From Octopus vulgaris (Eukaryota): DNA of 64,000 nucleotides. Of the stretch, positions 25,641-38,791 are shown in pieces. The notes beneath the pieces are model-generated. The model made no database searches. It was not told the DNA's origin and worked only from the letters and a program-made list of their open reading frames with translations. Made by a program: the position numbers and the translations under genes. Within the stretch, counting starts at the first letter, position 1. Every line of letters begins with the position of its first letter. The stretch lies in the NCBI GenBank assembly GCA_951406725.2, contig OX597819.1, forward strand, positions 126,108,001 to 126,172,000, written 5' to 3'.

Positions 25641-27460
25641 CACACGGGAGAGCTAAGAAGATGAGGAGATAATAAAGTAGTGATGATCCCAAAACGAATG
25701 TGCGCGCGTGTGTGTATGTGACAGCGTGTATGTGCACGTATATGAAGTTTTGTATTTAGTTCACGCATCCACAGTACTACCTTTGCGGACCACCAGGGGT
25801 CCGTGGACTCCAAGTTAGGAACCACTTACCTAAATGAAAAGACGGCTTCGAAATAAGATGAAGTTATCGTGAAGTAATCTTTAGATTTTCAAGGGAGTAT
25901 GGATCATGCGCGGAAGACGTCAGGCGAGCGAAAGGGATTAACCAAAAGATCAGGCCTGAAGCGAAAGGAGACGAGGTGTCAGGTGAGGAAAATGCAGATT
26001 TGAGAGGCCTCTTCTAAACTGAGTCGGTCAGTTTGAACGGGCCGCAGTTGGAGTTTCTGAGTATTCTAGTTCTGAACAGTGGCTTGCATAGTGAAGGCCT
26101 CTGAATCACAGAGCAAATTCAAGTGAGTATTTGCGGAATTTCTTTCGACAGAGGTTAAAGTAAAAAGATTGCTGTTCTTCAAACAACAGGATTTTATGGT
26201 ATATTTACTAGAGTTGTTTTTTGTAAGGACAGCCGAGACAGTTACATTTTTCTTGTTTTTTTTTTTTAATGTAAATGTATGTGGGCTGAGGGAAAATTAA
26301 GCCCTTTGGAATGAAGGATTTTTTCTTCTTTTTTTTATGAAAAGAAAGTCAAGTTATCAGAAAAAAAAAGATGTGATGATAAAAATATAGGGACTGAATA
26401 GGTGCGGAGAAATGAAAGGCTTTAATGAAGTCTATTTGCTTCTTCCTTCATTTTTCAAATATCTTTTTTCTTTTATCATCATCATCATCATCGTCGTCGT
26501 CGTCATCGTCATGGTCGTCGTCGTTGTTGTCATCTTCGATGACCTAAATAGTTTGAAAGGTTGTAGTTTTCCATAGATATGTTATTTGTATTACAGAAAG
26601 AGCATTCCAATTATACGATTTTATATAAAAGGCGGTTGTCATTAGCAGGTATTGGAAAGGGAAAAAAAATTGAGAAGAATAATTCATGTATTACTTTATC
26701 ATCTTCACCAATGTTGAACTGATTAAGAAATCGGTTCGTGATGAAAGAAATGTTTGAATTTCAAAGTAACCAAGTCAAGCATTTGATTTCTACCACTGGA
26801 GCCAGAAGCGATTATTGTATGAGTTATAGCTACTTTTTACACTGTTTTGATTAACAACAAACATAACTGAGATTTGAATTTATATATGAGATTTAGAAGA
26901 AAGCGACTGATTGCTATAAAAGGGCTTCGATCAGATTTCAATTTACTAAATGTAGCCGCTTCACTTCTTATCCCAGTCCTTCCTTCCCTGAATGTAGGTC
27001 CTCTGGAATTTCTCCCTGCTTGTCTATCCTGCAGGTGTTGATTTACAAATGTTCAAGACGAACATTTGTAGTATCAATCTCACCAACCTAGCAGGGCCTG
27101 CAAAAGCCATAGATTCTACTCCTTTTTCATGGTCAGTGGTTCTCAACCGGGGTGCATATGACCTCCGGGTGTCAACACAAACAAAATCATGGACCTTTCA
27201 GTCCTTTCTCCACACCTCTGTTGACATGAGGTAAGAAAAGTTATGGGTGTTTTCTCAGATTGAGGTCATGATTCTTAACTCATACAAGCAGTGCCTTCAT
27301 AAGGGAACATAAATATGCAGACCAATTATCCGTTTTGACTGACTGTCCTTGTTAAACTGGTGGCAGGGGGTCAATATTGTATTGATGGCACCGTTAAGTG
27401 GCACATGAGTTTTCTGTAGTGAGAGGTAGAGCAGAGGCAGAGGTGGTAGCTTCTCATTTA

Positions 27461-27877
27461 GGGCGGTGAACTGGCAGAAACGTTAGCACGCCGGGCGAAA
27501 TGCATAGCCGTATTTCGTCTGCCGCTACGTTCTGAGTTCAAATTCCGCCGAGGTCGACTTTGCCTTTCATCCTTTCGGGGTCGATAAATTAAGTACCAGT
27601 TACGCACTGGGATCGATGTAATCGACTTAATCCGTTTGTCTGTCCTTGTTTGTCCTCTCTGTGTTTAGCCCCTTATGAGTAGTAAAGAAATAGGTATTTC
27701 GTCTGCCGTTACGTTCTGAGTTCAAATTCCACCGAGGTCGAGTTTGCCTTTCATCCTTTCGGGGTCGATTAAATAAGTACCAGTTACGCACTGGGGTTCG
27801 ATATAATCGACTTAATCCGTTTGTCTGTCCTTGTTTGTCCTCTCTGGGTTTATCCCCTTGTGGGTAGTAAAGAAATA
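27461..27877 (+). mobile_element. SINE family A dimer (head + 2 bodies) with 15-bp TSD
   Basis: Junction GAAATAGGTATTTCGTC near 27690; TSD GGTAGCTTCTCATTT at 27445-27459 and 27878-27892. Confidence 0.93.
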
Positions 27878-28741
27878 GGTAGCTTCTCATTTTGAGTTAG
27901 CGGTGCTGTGATGTCACCAGCCTGTGGAGATAGAAGACAGAAGGATGTAAGATATGAATGTTTTCTTAGATAGAGGCCATAACCTCTTACCTCATACAAA
28001 TAGCAAGTGTTTGTTTATAAGTTAAAGAGACATAAGAAGTATTCAGACCGACTAGTCTTTCATTCTGCAGCGGTAATTTATTATCTGTTTTACATCGAAC
28101 TGTTGTACACCTGGCCGAGCGTAACCACCAACAAAGTAAGTTTTATTGATATAAGAATGTAAGTATTGACTGACACACCATCGACTTTTTGTCGAATAGC
28201 TTTCTAATTGTTTATACACTGTATAAAACCATTTTTGCACCCGGAAATCCCTGCACGAGTCGACCCCAGCCCTACAACACCCTAAGCTTCATGAGATAAC
28301 TTACTTAAATATCAACGTCACATAATTTATCAATTGGTATGTCATTAGAGAATGATTAATTGTATAAACATATACACTTAAACAAATTTTTTACCTTCGG
28401 TTCAACAAGTGTGTACACCCATACACTAACCCATACACACACACCCATGTGCGCGATGTGCGCATTGAGACATGCCTAGCAGCCCGTAACGGTAACAGTT
28501 GACCAGGTCTTTGTGCTGATCCAACTGCTATCTTCCTGATGGCTATAGTGATAGCACAAAGTAAACATAATAACTATCTAGCCTCTTCTTAATGAGGTAT
28601 CATAAAAAAAGGATTACATTTGTTATATGAGTAAGTTCTGTTGACATTACATATGTAATATTTGTGCAGCCTTAAACCAGAAAGCCCTTGAAGATCTGGA
28701 ACGAAGGAGGGTGAAGATAAATGATCAGTACCCTCTTTAGT

Positions 28742-28960
28742 GGAGGCGCGTGGCTTAGTGGTTGGGGTGTCAGCATCATGATCGGAAGATTGTGGTTTCG
28801 ATTCCTGGAATGGGCGACGCGTTGTGTTCTTGAGCAAGACACTTCATTTCACGTTGCTCCAGTCCACCCAGCTAGCAAAAATGCTGGGGAACGCATACGC
28901 CATTGAAACCGGGAAGCCGGGCCCATGAGCCTGGCTAGGCTTTAAAAAGGGCGCATTTAC
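28742..28960 (+). mobile_element. CORE-like SINE family C with alternative tail
   Basis: GGCGCGTGGCTTAGTGG head, TTCGATTCC, core; tail shared with 48790-48860. Confidence 0.88.
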
Positions 28961-29264
28961 CTTTATGTTTAACTTCACAGATTCTCTCTCGCATTACATC
29001 AACAAAAAACAAAAATAGGAAAGAAAATATATTCTATAACAACAATTTACTGAGTTGATTTCATTATTACCTTGTTAATCAACAACCAGTAATTATGGCT
29101 TAAGATAAAAAATAAAAAACACTGAAGACTCGATGATGCTGGACACATATCGCGAGGAGAGTAAAACGCAATGTTTATGGCCAAAATCCAAAACAACACT
29201 AAAGTTCGTTATTTACATTATCTACATTATTTACATTTGACGATATTTGTCCTTGTTTGTTGTT

Positions 29265-29310
29265 AACATAACGTTTCGGCTGATATACTCTCTAGCCTTC
29301 ATCAGGTATC
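29265..29310 (-). ncRNA. Minimal hammerhead ribozyme motif, type I
   Basis: gatac-CTGATGA-aGGCT-loop-AGCC-GAAACGT-T-atgtt; canonical core boxes, palindromic ACGT stem III, stem I with one mismatch. Confidence 0.7.
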
Positions 29311-29318
29311 TTGGGTAT

Positions 29319-29390
29319 ATGGCGTAGTAGTTAAGAGCGCACGCTACTAACACCAAGATCCCGAGTTCGATTCCAGGAAGTGACCTGAAT
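29319..29390 (+). mobile_element. tRNA-like Pol III head (SINE-like) followed by (AAT)n
   Basis: A-box-like TGGCGTAGTAG, anticodon-like CTACTAA loop, B box GTTCGATTCC (29365-29374). Confidence 0.75.
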
Positions 29391-29412
29391 AATAATAATA
29401 ATAATAATAATG

Positions 29413-29450
<38 letters not shown>

Positions 29451-29458
29451 TAATAATG

Positions 29459-29497
<39 letters not shown>

Positions 29498-29534
29498 TAA
29501 TAATAATAATAAAATAATAATAATAAAAGCCACC

Positions 29535-30790
29535 TTTTTAGAAGAGGGTCCTATCTTTGTGGTGTACTGAGGCTGTTTCTTTGACAAAATTAAAGAAAGC
29601 TTTAGGGTTCGACTTGATATTTTCTATAACCCAAGCTTCCTTATCTGCTCTCCCTTTTTCGCGAGATTGATGCAAACTTTTCTCAATCTCCAACAGCGTT
29701 CTCTCCAGGCAGGACTTTTTACTACTTTTGAGGTGCCTGTTCAAGCAGTTCGCAATCTTTTTCCGTCGTCTCATAAGCGTTTTCGTTTATCTAGGGATCT
29801 TGTTTGTGTGTGATGGCCTTGCGCTCTGGAACATATTTGTTATATATGGCTAACACTATGGACATGAAACGTTTGTGTTTCATATCAGTGTCTGGTGTTG
29901 AGGGCCATTTAGGCCAATCCTGTTTGGGGATCTCTTTCTCGATCTATTTCCAGTTTGTTTTATGAAAATTCAGTTTGGAGAGATTTCGGGTCCTTCGTAT
30001 AGGTTGTATGTCTGCAGGGGCTTTTGGTCCATACATAGACGGCTCTATTATGTTGTGATCCGAGGCTAGTGTCGGTGTCACTTTAACATTATGAATAACA
30101 TCCATACTGTTTGTGAAGCAGAGATCCAGTATATTATTTGCCCTGGTTGGTTGCAGCAAAATTTGTTCCATGAAAGAAGCATTGTTAAGGTGGGGCAGGG
30201 ACTCCGCCTGTGCTTGTCTGTGGTGTGTCATTCCTGGGAGCATCTGGCACTCAGGCCATCTCATACTGGGGAAGTCACCCAAAAGGAATATACTGATGTG
30301 TTGTTCCACTTTTTTGGTGAGAACTTCTATGTTTGCTTGGCAGTCTTTAAACTTAGCTGTATGATTTGGAGCATCCGGTGGGCGATATGTAGTACATGTA
30401 ACAATATTAAGTTATCTTATGTGTACAATTTGAGTTCTACACATTGAATTTGAACAGCCAGAGCTGGGACGTGAGGTCCTCTCCGATGTACACAGCAATT
30501 CTACCATGGCTCCTTTGTTTTTCTATCTGAGAGTATTATAACACATTGTAGGATGTGTATTTCTGCGTCCCCTAAATCAGGTCTAAGATGGTTTTCAAGA
30601 AGTGCTATGCATAGGGATAGATTGCATGTAGCAAGGTCTCTCAGGTACGAGAGTTTTGCTTTACAGTTGAAATTCAACAGCCCTCCGATACTTAGAAGAA
30701 ATATTTTTGCGACGTCTGTGTTGGTGTCCTTGTGTGGTGGTGGTTGTGGTTCCAAGTTTGTGGTTGTATCCAGGTCAGCTATTGGACAAT
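29535..30790 (-). mobile_element. CR1/Jockey-group LINE ORF2 5' part (APE endonuclease and linker), degenerate
   Basis: IALLENHL, FLLGDF, QPTRANNILDLCFTN, SDHNII, IKSNPKAFFNFVK. Confidence 0.85.
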
Positions 30791-30939
30791 CGTTTGTGCC
30801 ATGCTACTGTATGAGTATTTGTAGGATTATTGGTATTAATAAGGTTAGTTGTGTCCTGTATTGTGTGTTCATGTTAAAATGTGGTTGATACTTATTAATG
30901 AAAGATGCCTCTTTATCTAATACACACATATATACATAA

Positions 30940-31014
<75 letters not shown>

Positions 31015-31023
<9 letters not shown>

Positions 31024-31549
31024 ATATTTCGGAATGGTCATTTTGCCAGTTTAGCCAATAAAAACACACGCACTATATATTTGGTGTTACTTTGCTTCAG
31101 TGTTATTTATTTTTTACATTAATCTTAATCTTATTTCGGCCAGAGTTCTTTCGTCACACTCCTGTGACCGCATCAGTGGTCCTTTGTTTTCTTCTCACTT
31201 ATTTGTGTCTCTCCTTACTAACCGTCAGCCATTTTGTATTTCTATTGTATGTCTTCATTTGCGCATGCTTATGTGCGTTTATGTTTATTTAGTGTGTGTA
31301 TGTGGGGGATGCCTGTAATATTTGTATCTTCTGTTTATATATGTTCATGTAATTTGTAATTTTATATGTTCATGTTTTGTTTTTGTTTTTTGTTGTTTTT
31401 TGTTTTTGTTTTTGTTTTTGTTGTTTTTGTTTATTCTTATTTTGTTCATGTGTTTACATCCACCCATTATTATCATTACATATGCTTGTATGTATGTATG
31501 TATGTATAACAACAATACTAGTAATAATAATAATAAATTGAATCGAAAA

Positions 31550-31581
<32 letters not shown>

Positions 31582-32007
31582 CATATACATATACATATAC
31601 ACACACATATATATATATATATATAGTTATTTATTTATTTATCTGTGTATTTATTATGTTTTCAGGATCCTCTATCGTCATATGTTGTGGTGTGTGTTAG
31701 TGCTCCATTCTAGTTTTCTATTCAGGCTAGGTTTATTTTCTATTATGTGTGTAGCTTCTGTAATTTGTCTAATTGTTGCATCTGATCTATGTGTGGATAA
31801 TATTTTAATTTCTATGTTATTGATTGATCCCCCGTGTTCTTGTTCGGCGTGTTGGTACAGAATCGATGAGCTTTGACCTTCCTTGAGTTGTCTCCAATGT
31901 GTGTGTTTTTATTGGCTAAACTGGCAAAATGACCATTCCGAAATATAACAATATCTGTTTCAACACACGACTTCACATAAAAAATCTTGCACAACAAATA
32001 TTTAAAC

Positions 32008-32012
<5 letters not shown>
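31015..32012 (-). mobile_element. Penelope-like element 3' end with inverted 5' terminal repeat and tail
   Basis: 31895-31680 reads WRQLKEGQSSSILYQHAEQEHGG..IKILSTH..IRQITEATHI..PSLNRKLEW (GIY-YIG C-terminal half); ~55-bp inverted repeat at 31015-31070 and 31899-31954; (TA)n both sides. Confidence 0.85.
31138..31182 (-). ncRNA. Hammerhead-like motif in the PLE 3' repeat (CUGAUGC variant)
   Basis: ggacca-CTGATGC-gGTCAC-aggagt-GTGAC-GAAAG-aa-CTC-tggcc. Confidence 0.5.
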
Positions 32013-32054
<42 letters not shown>

Positions 32055-32059
<5 letters not shown>

Positions 32060-32353
32060 CGTGATCACCGTGACCGACCAGGCTATCAGATGTTGCTACA
32101 CATCGCTGGTCACAATGCGCTTCGCATTGTTTTAGCCTTCAAATGACGCCACCACGAGCAGGCCAACAGAAGAAAGAGTGAGAGGAAGTTGTGGCGAAAG
32201 AGTACAGCAGGGATCGCCACAACCCCCTGCCGGAGCCTCGTGGAGCTTTAAGTGTTTTCACTCAATAAACACTCACAACGCCCGGTCTGGGAATCGAAAC
32301 CACGATCCTACGACCGCGAGTCCTCTGCCCTAACCACTGGATCATTGCGCCTC
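32055..32353 (-). mobile_element. tRNA-derived SINE family D, tail type 1
   Basis: Head GAGGCGCAATGATCCAGTGGTTAGGGC..TTCGATTCCC shared with 48790-49092 and 53135-53475. Confidence 0.88.
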
Positions 32354-32375
32354 TCTCTCTCTCTCTCTATGTATG

Positions 32376-32417
<42 letters not shown>

Positions 32418-32429
32418 TATATATATAAT

Positions 32430-33000
32430 ATATCGACTGTTCGAAGCTGCGCTGGAATTCTTGCAAAGAGAAGCCTTTTAACGCCTTTGTCGTTTTTTTC
32501 TTCACTTCTTCCACGTCCGCAAATTCCGTAGTTCCAGGTTTCATCACCGGTGATGACCTTCAAAGAAACGTTCGGATCAACATCCAACTGTTTTTTTTAG
32601 TTCACGACACGCATTCAGTCATGACTGCTTTTGAACTTCTGTGAAGAAGCGAGGTACAAATTTTGCTGTAACTCTTTTCATTCGGAATTTCTCGTTCAAA
32701 ATTCGTTAGCAAGAACTCCAGGACACACCAATCATAGCAACAAGTTTGTCATATTCTTCGGTTACGGTCCTCCAAGATCAGTTCATGAATTTTCATTCGT
32801 TCGGGAAGACGACGGTTGCCCTGAAAAAGGTTGGTCTTAAAGCAACAAATGACTATCCCTAAAGCGTGAAACCTCTCGTAGCCGTGTATTTTGCTCATGG
32901 CAGCATTCTTGTAAGCTATTTGAAGCATAACAACTGTTTCAGCAGCCGTTTTCCCCTGCAGAAAGCAGAATTTCATATATATACTAGCTGCTGACGTATC
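32430..33000 (-). mobile_element. mariner transposase remnant, internally deleted
   Basis: KFCFLQGKTAAETVVMLQIAY, VITGDETW joined directly to FADVEEVKKKTTKALK. Confidence 0.85.
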
Positions 33001-33859
33001 CGGCAATTCCGGGAAAAGCGGGGCTTATCCCCTGGTCTCTTTTTCATAATTCTTTCGCTAATCGAATAGCAACAATACAAGGTATGTAACCTTAAAACGG
33101 TCTTTGTGCATTTGCAGAGAATAACGAACCATCTTACAGAGGATCTTGTTTTTAGGATTTTCCAATAGGCTATGAATACCAAAATCGTGCAGATAGTTAC
33201 GTAATAACATGCAACTCAGTTACCCGATAGTAACAATTCAAATAATGTATCCCTGAAATGGGCTGTAAAGCGTTTCCACAGTATGTAGAACTTAAGAGGA
33301 AATACCAATGAGGTGTGCATACCAAAATTGGATATGAGATAATAACAATTATTAAGTCTGAAAAGTTCTTCATGCAGCGCCTGTCAATTGGCTGACGTAA
33401 GGCTTTATTTTGTATGTCTGCCGTAAGACTTTATTTCCACACACGCCAGCTTAATTTAATTCGTCCTTAGTCGAAAGACACCTCTTGTTATGTCCTGTTA
33501 TTAATTTTATTGTATTTGTGTAACATTGTTTTTGTATACACTCGCTGCTTTCTTCCAAGGAATCTAACGCTCTTAGCTTAGTTTTTCCTTGGAGCTGGCT
33601 AGATTGGAGCAATCTCGAATGTAATCAGCCGAAATTGCAAAGATAATCTGGTACCCGACTGAGGAAAGAAAACTTCAAACGACTCGTCTTTATTTTCTTT
33701 ATATCGTCTACCTGGATGTTTTGTATCACCTGACTGTCCGGCTGTTTTGCGTTCTTGTTCCAGACAGATTGTATTATATATATACATATATATATATATG
33801 TATATAAATATATATATGCATGTGTATATATATGTATTTATATGTATGTATATACACGC

Positions 33860-33896
<37 letters not shown>

Positions 33897-34048
33897 TGTA
33901 TATATATATGTATATGTATGTGTATATATATATGTATGTATAAATATATATATGTATGTATGCATATATGTATATATAAACTTATGCGTAGATACAATAA
34001 AAAAACTATGAGAAGTCATTAGCTAAAAGTATACAAAAGCAAAACATC

Positions 34049-34096
<48 letters not shown>

Positions 34097-34908
34097 GTGT
34101 GTGTGTATGTGTGTGTGTGTATGTGTGTGTGTGTGTGTGTGTGTATGTATTTGCTTTTATCGTTATTTACACGTGTGTACTGAACGAATATTTGTATATA
34201 GTTTGAACACATTCTTACGCGTGTAAGACGCTGAGCTGTGTATTGATTGGCAATTATAGACAAGCGTTTGTTCTGTGTGTAAGTTTTAAGTTCTTTCATC
34301 TTAACCGGGGGGTTGCGTGTTCGAACGAGTCAAAGGGAAAGATAAGACACTTGATCATTATTGTTGCTATTACTATTTTCGTGTTTCTTTTTGTTTGTTT
34401 TTTTTTTTTGTTTTTATTGCTGTTTTGAAATCCTCTTAAGTTTACTGCTAGTGTCACCGTTTTAGAGTGTTTTACGTTTAACAAATGCATACACCACAGG
34501 TGAACTGTAAACGAAGCTTATGAAGATGAAAAAAAACCCACCGACTGCTTTTGAAAGTTTGTATGTAAGCTTGTTTGTTTGTGTATGTGTGTGTGTGTGT
34601 GTGTATGGAGGGGTATATGTAAATATACACTCGCATTTACATATGTAAATATGTGTGTGTGTATATTTATGTATCTAAATATGTTGCGTGCACCCACATA
34701 CACACAAACGCGTACACGTATGTTCTCATACTCGCCAACCTCAAAATTTCAAACGGAACGCGGAGCAAACATGACTCGCCATGGTTACCGCTTTTTTCTC
34801 GTTATGTGGAAACAATTGCTACACAAGTTTATTCTATTGTTGTTGTTGTTGTTGATCTTACTATGGTTGATGTAGTATTCGTAATGGTGTTGTTACTGTT
34901 GTACTTTT

Positions 34909-35328
34909 GGATCTTTTCGGTTTGACCGGCAGTTTTTTTCCAGCGGTGTCATATGAAATTGTCACCCATAATTATGACCCTAGTATCGATCTATTGCATT
35001 TCAATCTGTTTTACGGTTAGGGTTAGGGGTGGGGGAAGGGTATCTTTTTTTTCTTCAGAAATGTAAATAAACCCAATCTGTTTCTTAAACGAGGGACATA
35101 TTCATACGGCACAGAATGTTTTTCACCTCAATAGACGTCATTGATTGGTTGAAATTGCAAAAATTGAAGAAGAAACAGCAACAAATATCTTACAAACTAT
35201 AGAATTTTCTCAATAAAGCCAAGAGAAAAAGATGTTTTATAAATACATTCTACCAGTATACGAAGTTTAAAAGTGTTTAGTTATGTGGAAATTATTTTTA
35301 AAAACTGCCGGTCAAACCGAAAAGATCC
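34909..35328. mobile_element. Non-autonomous DNA transposon (MITE) with 29-bp TIRs
   Basis: GGATCTTTTCGGTTTGACCGGCAGTTTTT and its exact reverse complement at 35300-35328; internal GGTTAGGGTTAGGG. Confidence 0.92.
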
Positions 35329-35620
35329 TAGCTCTTTTCTCGTTATGTGGAAACACTTGCTACACAAGTTTATTCTATTGTTATTGTTCTTGATCTTACT
35401 ATGGTTGATGTAGTATTCGTAATGGTGTCGTTACTGTTGTACTTTTTTATGTATTATATTTTATTGATATTATTTGATTTGTTTCTTATTGAAGATTGCA
35501 TGGTTGTCTTTTTTGAATTGTTAATGTGTAACGAATTGCTTGTGTAACAGGGAACAAAATAGTTTAGATATGTCATAGATATGAATCCGCACACAGATAA
35601 GAATTTCTGGTTTATATATA

Positions 35621-35851
35621 TATTTCTTTACTACCCACAAGCGGCTAAACACAGAGAGGACAAACAAGGACAGACAGAGGGATTAAGTCGGTTACATCGA
35701 CTCTAGTGCGTAACTGGTACCTATTTAATCGACCCCGAAAGGATGAAAGGCAAAGTCGACCTCGGCGAAATTTGAACTCAGAACGTAACGGCAGACGAAA
35801 TACGGCTGCGCATTTCGCCCGGCGTGCTAACGATTCTGCCAGCTCGCCGCC
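35621..35851 (-). mobile_element. SINE family A
   Basis: Full head, core and tail on the minus strand. Confidence 0.92.
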
Positions 35852-35922
35852 TTTCTGGCTTATATGTGTGTGTGTGTTTGTGTGTGTATGTATGTGTGTG
35901 TGTGTGTTTGTGTGTGTATGTA

Positions 35923-35964
<42 letters not shown>

Positions 35965-36324
35965 GGAGAGAGAGCGAATATAGTGCAAATATATGGGTTT
36001 ATATAATCCGGTGATAATCACAAAAAAGTCCTTCCGTGGACCCGGCTCAAACTACATAGTAAACCAATACATAGGAGTGTAATGTTGAAATCCTTGAAAT
36101 CCCATCAGTGAAGATTATTTAATGAAGTATATATAGAATATATAGATATATACATATATAGTGTAATAAAATAAATTCGTGAAAGTCCTTATATCGATCG
36201 TTATAATAATAAAAATGTCCAAAATGTGCGAATAGCTTCCAAATCCTTGATTTGTGGTCAGTGCCAGCAAAGGTTCCTCTTCTAGACTGCACAGTTAGCG
36301 ACTGAATCTCCCTTAAAGCATACC

Positions 36325-36550
36325 TATTTCTTTACTACCCACAAGGGGCTAAACATAGAGGGGACAAACAAGGACACACATAGGTATTAAGTCGGTTACA
36401 TCGACCCCAGTGCGTAACTGGTACTTAATTTATCGACCCCCGAAAGAATGAAAGGCAAAGTCGACCTCGGTGGAATTTGAACTCAGAACGTAACGGCAGA
36501 CGAAATACCGCAAGGCATTTCGCCCGGCGCGAGCTAACGGTTCTGCGAGC
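36325..36550 (-). mobile_element. SINE family A with imperfect 18-bp TSD
   Basis: TCTCCCTTAAAGCATACC and TCTCCCTTGAAACATACC flanks. Confidence 0.9.
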
Positions 36551-37048
36551 TCTCCCTTGAAACATACCATGCTGTCATAAACACAGAAAAGACGCCTTGG
36601 TTACTGTTATCATACACTCCCCACTCCCCCGTTAAAATGGCAGAATAGTCACGGCTGGAAGCTCATTGCTCATAATAAATCTGCTCTAAATTTGGAAAGA
36701 ACAATATCAACATAGACTAGCCTTCCCACCATAGCAATCACCCCATACTACCATTGCCATCTCTTCCACTAGTTTCCATAACATCTATCAGCGCTTCAAA
36801 AATGTACATTGATAGACCGTTAAGTTCACCTTTCAATTATTATGATATACCTGCATCGTTTTCCCTTCGAAGTTGCTTGTTATGTCCTTCATTAGTATAC
36901 CTGAGAAAATCCGCTCTCCATCTTTCCTCTTTCTCTCTCTCTCATCTAATTACTTCTTCACATATAAACAAATGGAAACCGCATACATTTGCACGTTATC
37001 GTTATAAAGATTCGTGTTTACGGTTTCTGAAGTGGGGAGAATTAACCC

Positions 37049-37140
<92 letters not shown>

Positions 37141-37906
37141 AACCCCATTCTCATTCCCTCTTTAACTCTCTTTCATTCTCTGTCTGCGTATATATGTATA
37201 CATATGTGTGTGTGTGTATGTATGTAACTTCCTCCTCTCTCTCTATATATATGTATGTATGTGTTTGTATGTGTATGTGTGTATGTGTATGTGTGTGTGT
37301 AAATTTCCTTGGATTCGACACTACCTTTCTTTCTTCTATATCTCTCTCTCTCTCTTTCTCTCTTCATCTATTCTCTTGTCTTACCTGACTCATTTATCTC
37401 TTTCTCGTTCACACACTCTCTCTCTCTCTCTCTCTAAATTTCTTTCACTCCCGGTCTATTCTTCTTTCCATTCCTTTTCTTTATATCCACACCCCACTTT
37501 CTTCCTTTAATCCTTCCCTTTTTCTGTTCCTCTTTCTTTCTCCTCAGTCTCAGAGACACATCAACACAAAGACACACACACACACACACACACACGCACA
37601 CCTTTTACTTAATATCTTCAGAAGAGATGATGCAAACGACAACCACATTAGAAATAAATTTATTACCTTTCTTTATAAATAATATATAAGCTTCAGGTTA
37701 ATACATGTTTCCCTGTGTCTCCAGTTGCTAGCGGTAGTACACGGGGCTACTTTAGAGTCTATATCTTTTGTCTCTCACTCTTCTCCATTCTCTCTCTCTC
37801 GCTCGCTCTGCCTCACACACGCATACACACACATTCACACAAATACCCACACCACACATATAATGTATGCATATACATATATATGTACATATGAGTTTTT
37901 ATATAC

Positions 37907-37973
<67 letters not shown>

Positions 37974-38030
37974 GGGTGAATACTTGATAATTGTAAGCAC
38001 TAAATGGTATATACAGCTACACCACTAAAT

Positions 38031-38073
<43 letters not shown>

Positions 38074-38290
38074 GCATATGTATATTTATGTAAATGTATA
38101 CATACATGCACACACGCACGCACGCACACATACACATACCCGCGCGTGCACTCACAGACACTCACACACACACACTGATACACACTCACACACGCACATA
38201 CACGCTATGTAAATACATTACTGCAAGTTTTGTAGACGTTGGGAACCATTCACCACGTCAAATGTTCAGAGACCCCATATCTGTGTATGT

Positions 38291-38332
<42 letters not shown>

Positions 38333-38740
38333 GCGGTTACGTATGTCTCTATATATCATGGATTATTACATAAGCATGCAAATTTCGCTGTGTATGTGGC
38401 TCTAATTCCAGCAATCTGAATCGGCCACATACCTTGTAAAATGTCCAGTTCACTGTTATTACACTTCTAACAGACTCTAAACTCAACACTTGTATTGAAT
38501 CTTTTATATGGTGAACGTTAGTTCTTTATATGTGCAAAAAATATACCTGTCTATGAAGTACTCAGCCACCTATAATTCACTATTATATCTTTATTTATAC
38601 ATCTTTATTTATGCATAAACATTTATGTATGCATGTTTGTCATTATTGAGTTTATTTCAAGATTTCTTGCCAATAGAGAAGAACCGGTTTCTTACCTAGA
38701 TCCAAGGCTCCTTCATTGGAATTTCAACATCAACAGGGTA

Positions 38741-38791
<51 letters not shown>

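Noticed and set aside
25850-26130. Possible exon or CR1 3' remnant
   Set aside because: No frame or motif clear enough to call
25790-27150. hAT-like termini CAGTGGTTC(T/C) at ~25826 and ~27133 as one element
   Set aside because: They face outward, so they are separate short fragments
29117-29176. Extra hammerhead-like motif CTGAAGA-CTC...GAG-TAAAAC
   Set aside because: GAAA box and cleavage triplet are not intact
29319-29390. Functional tRNA gene
   Set aside because: Acceptor and anticodon stems do not pair well and it runs into (AAT)n; treated as a SINE-like head. Other tRNA-like heads continue into SINE cores
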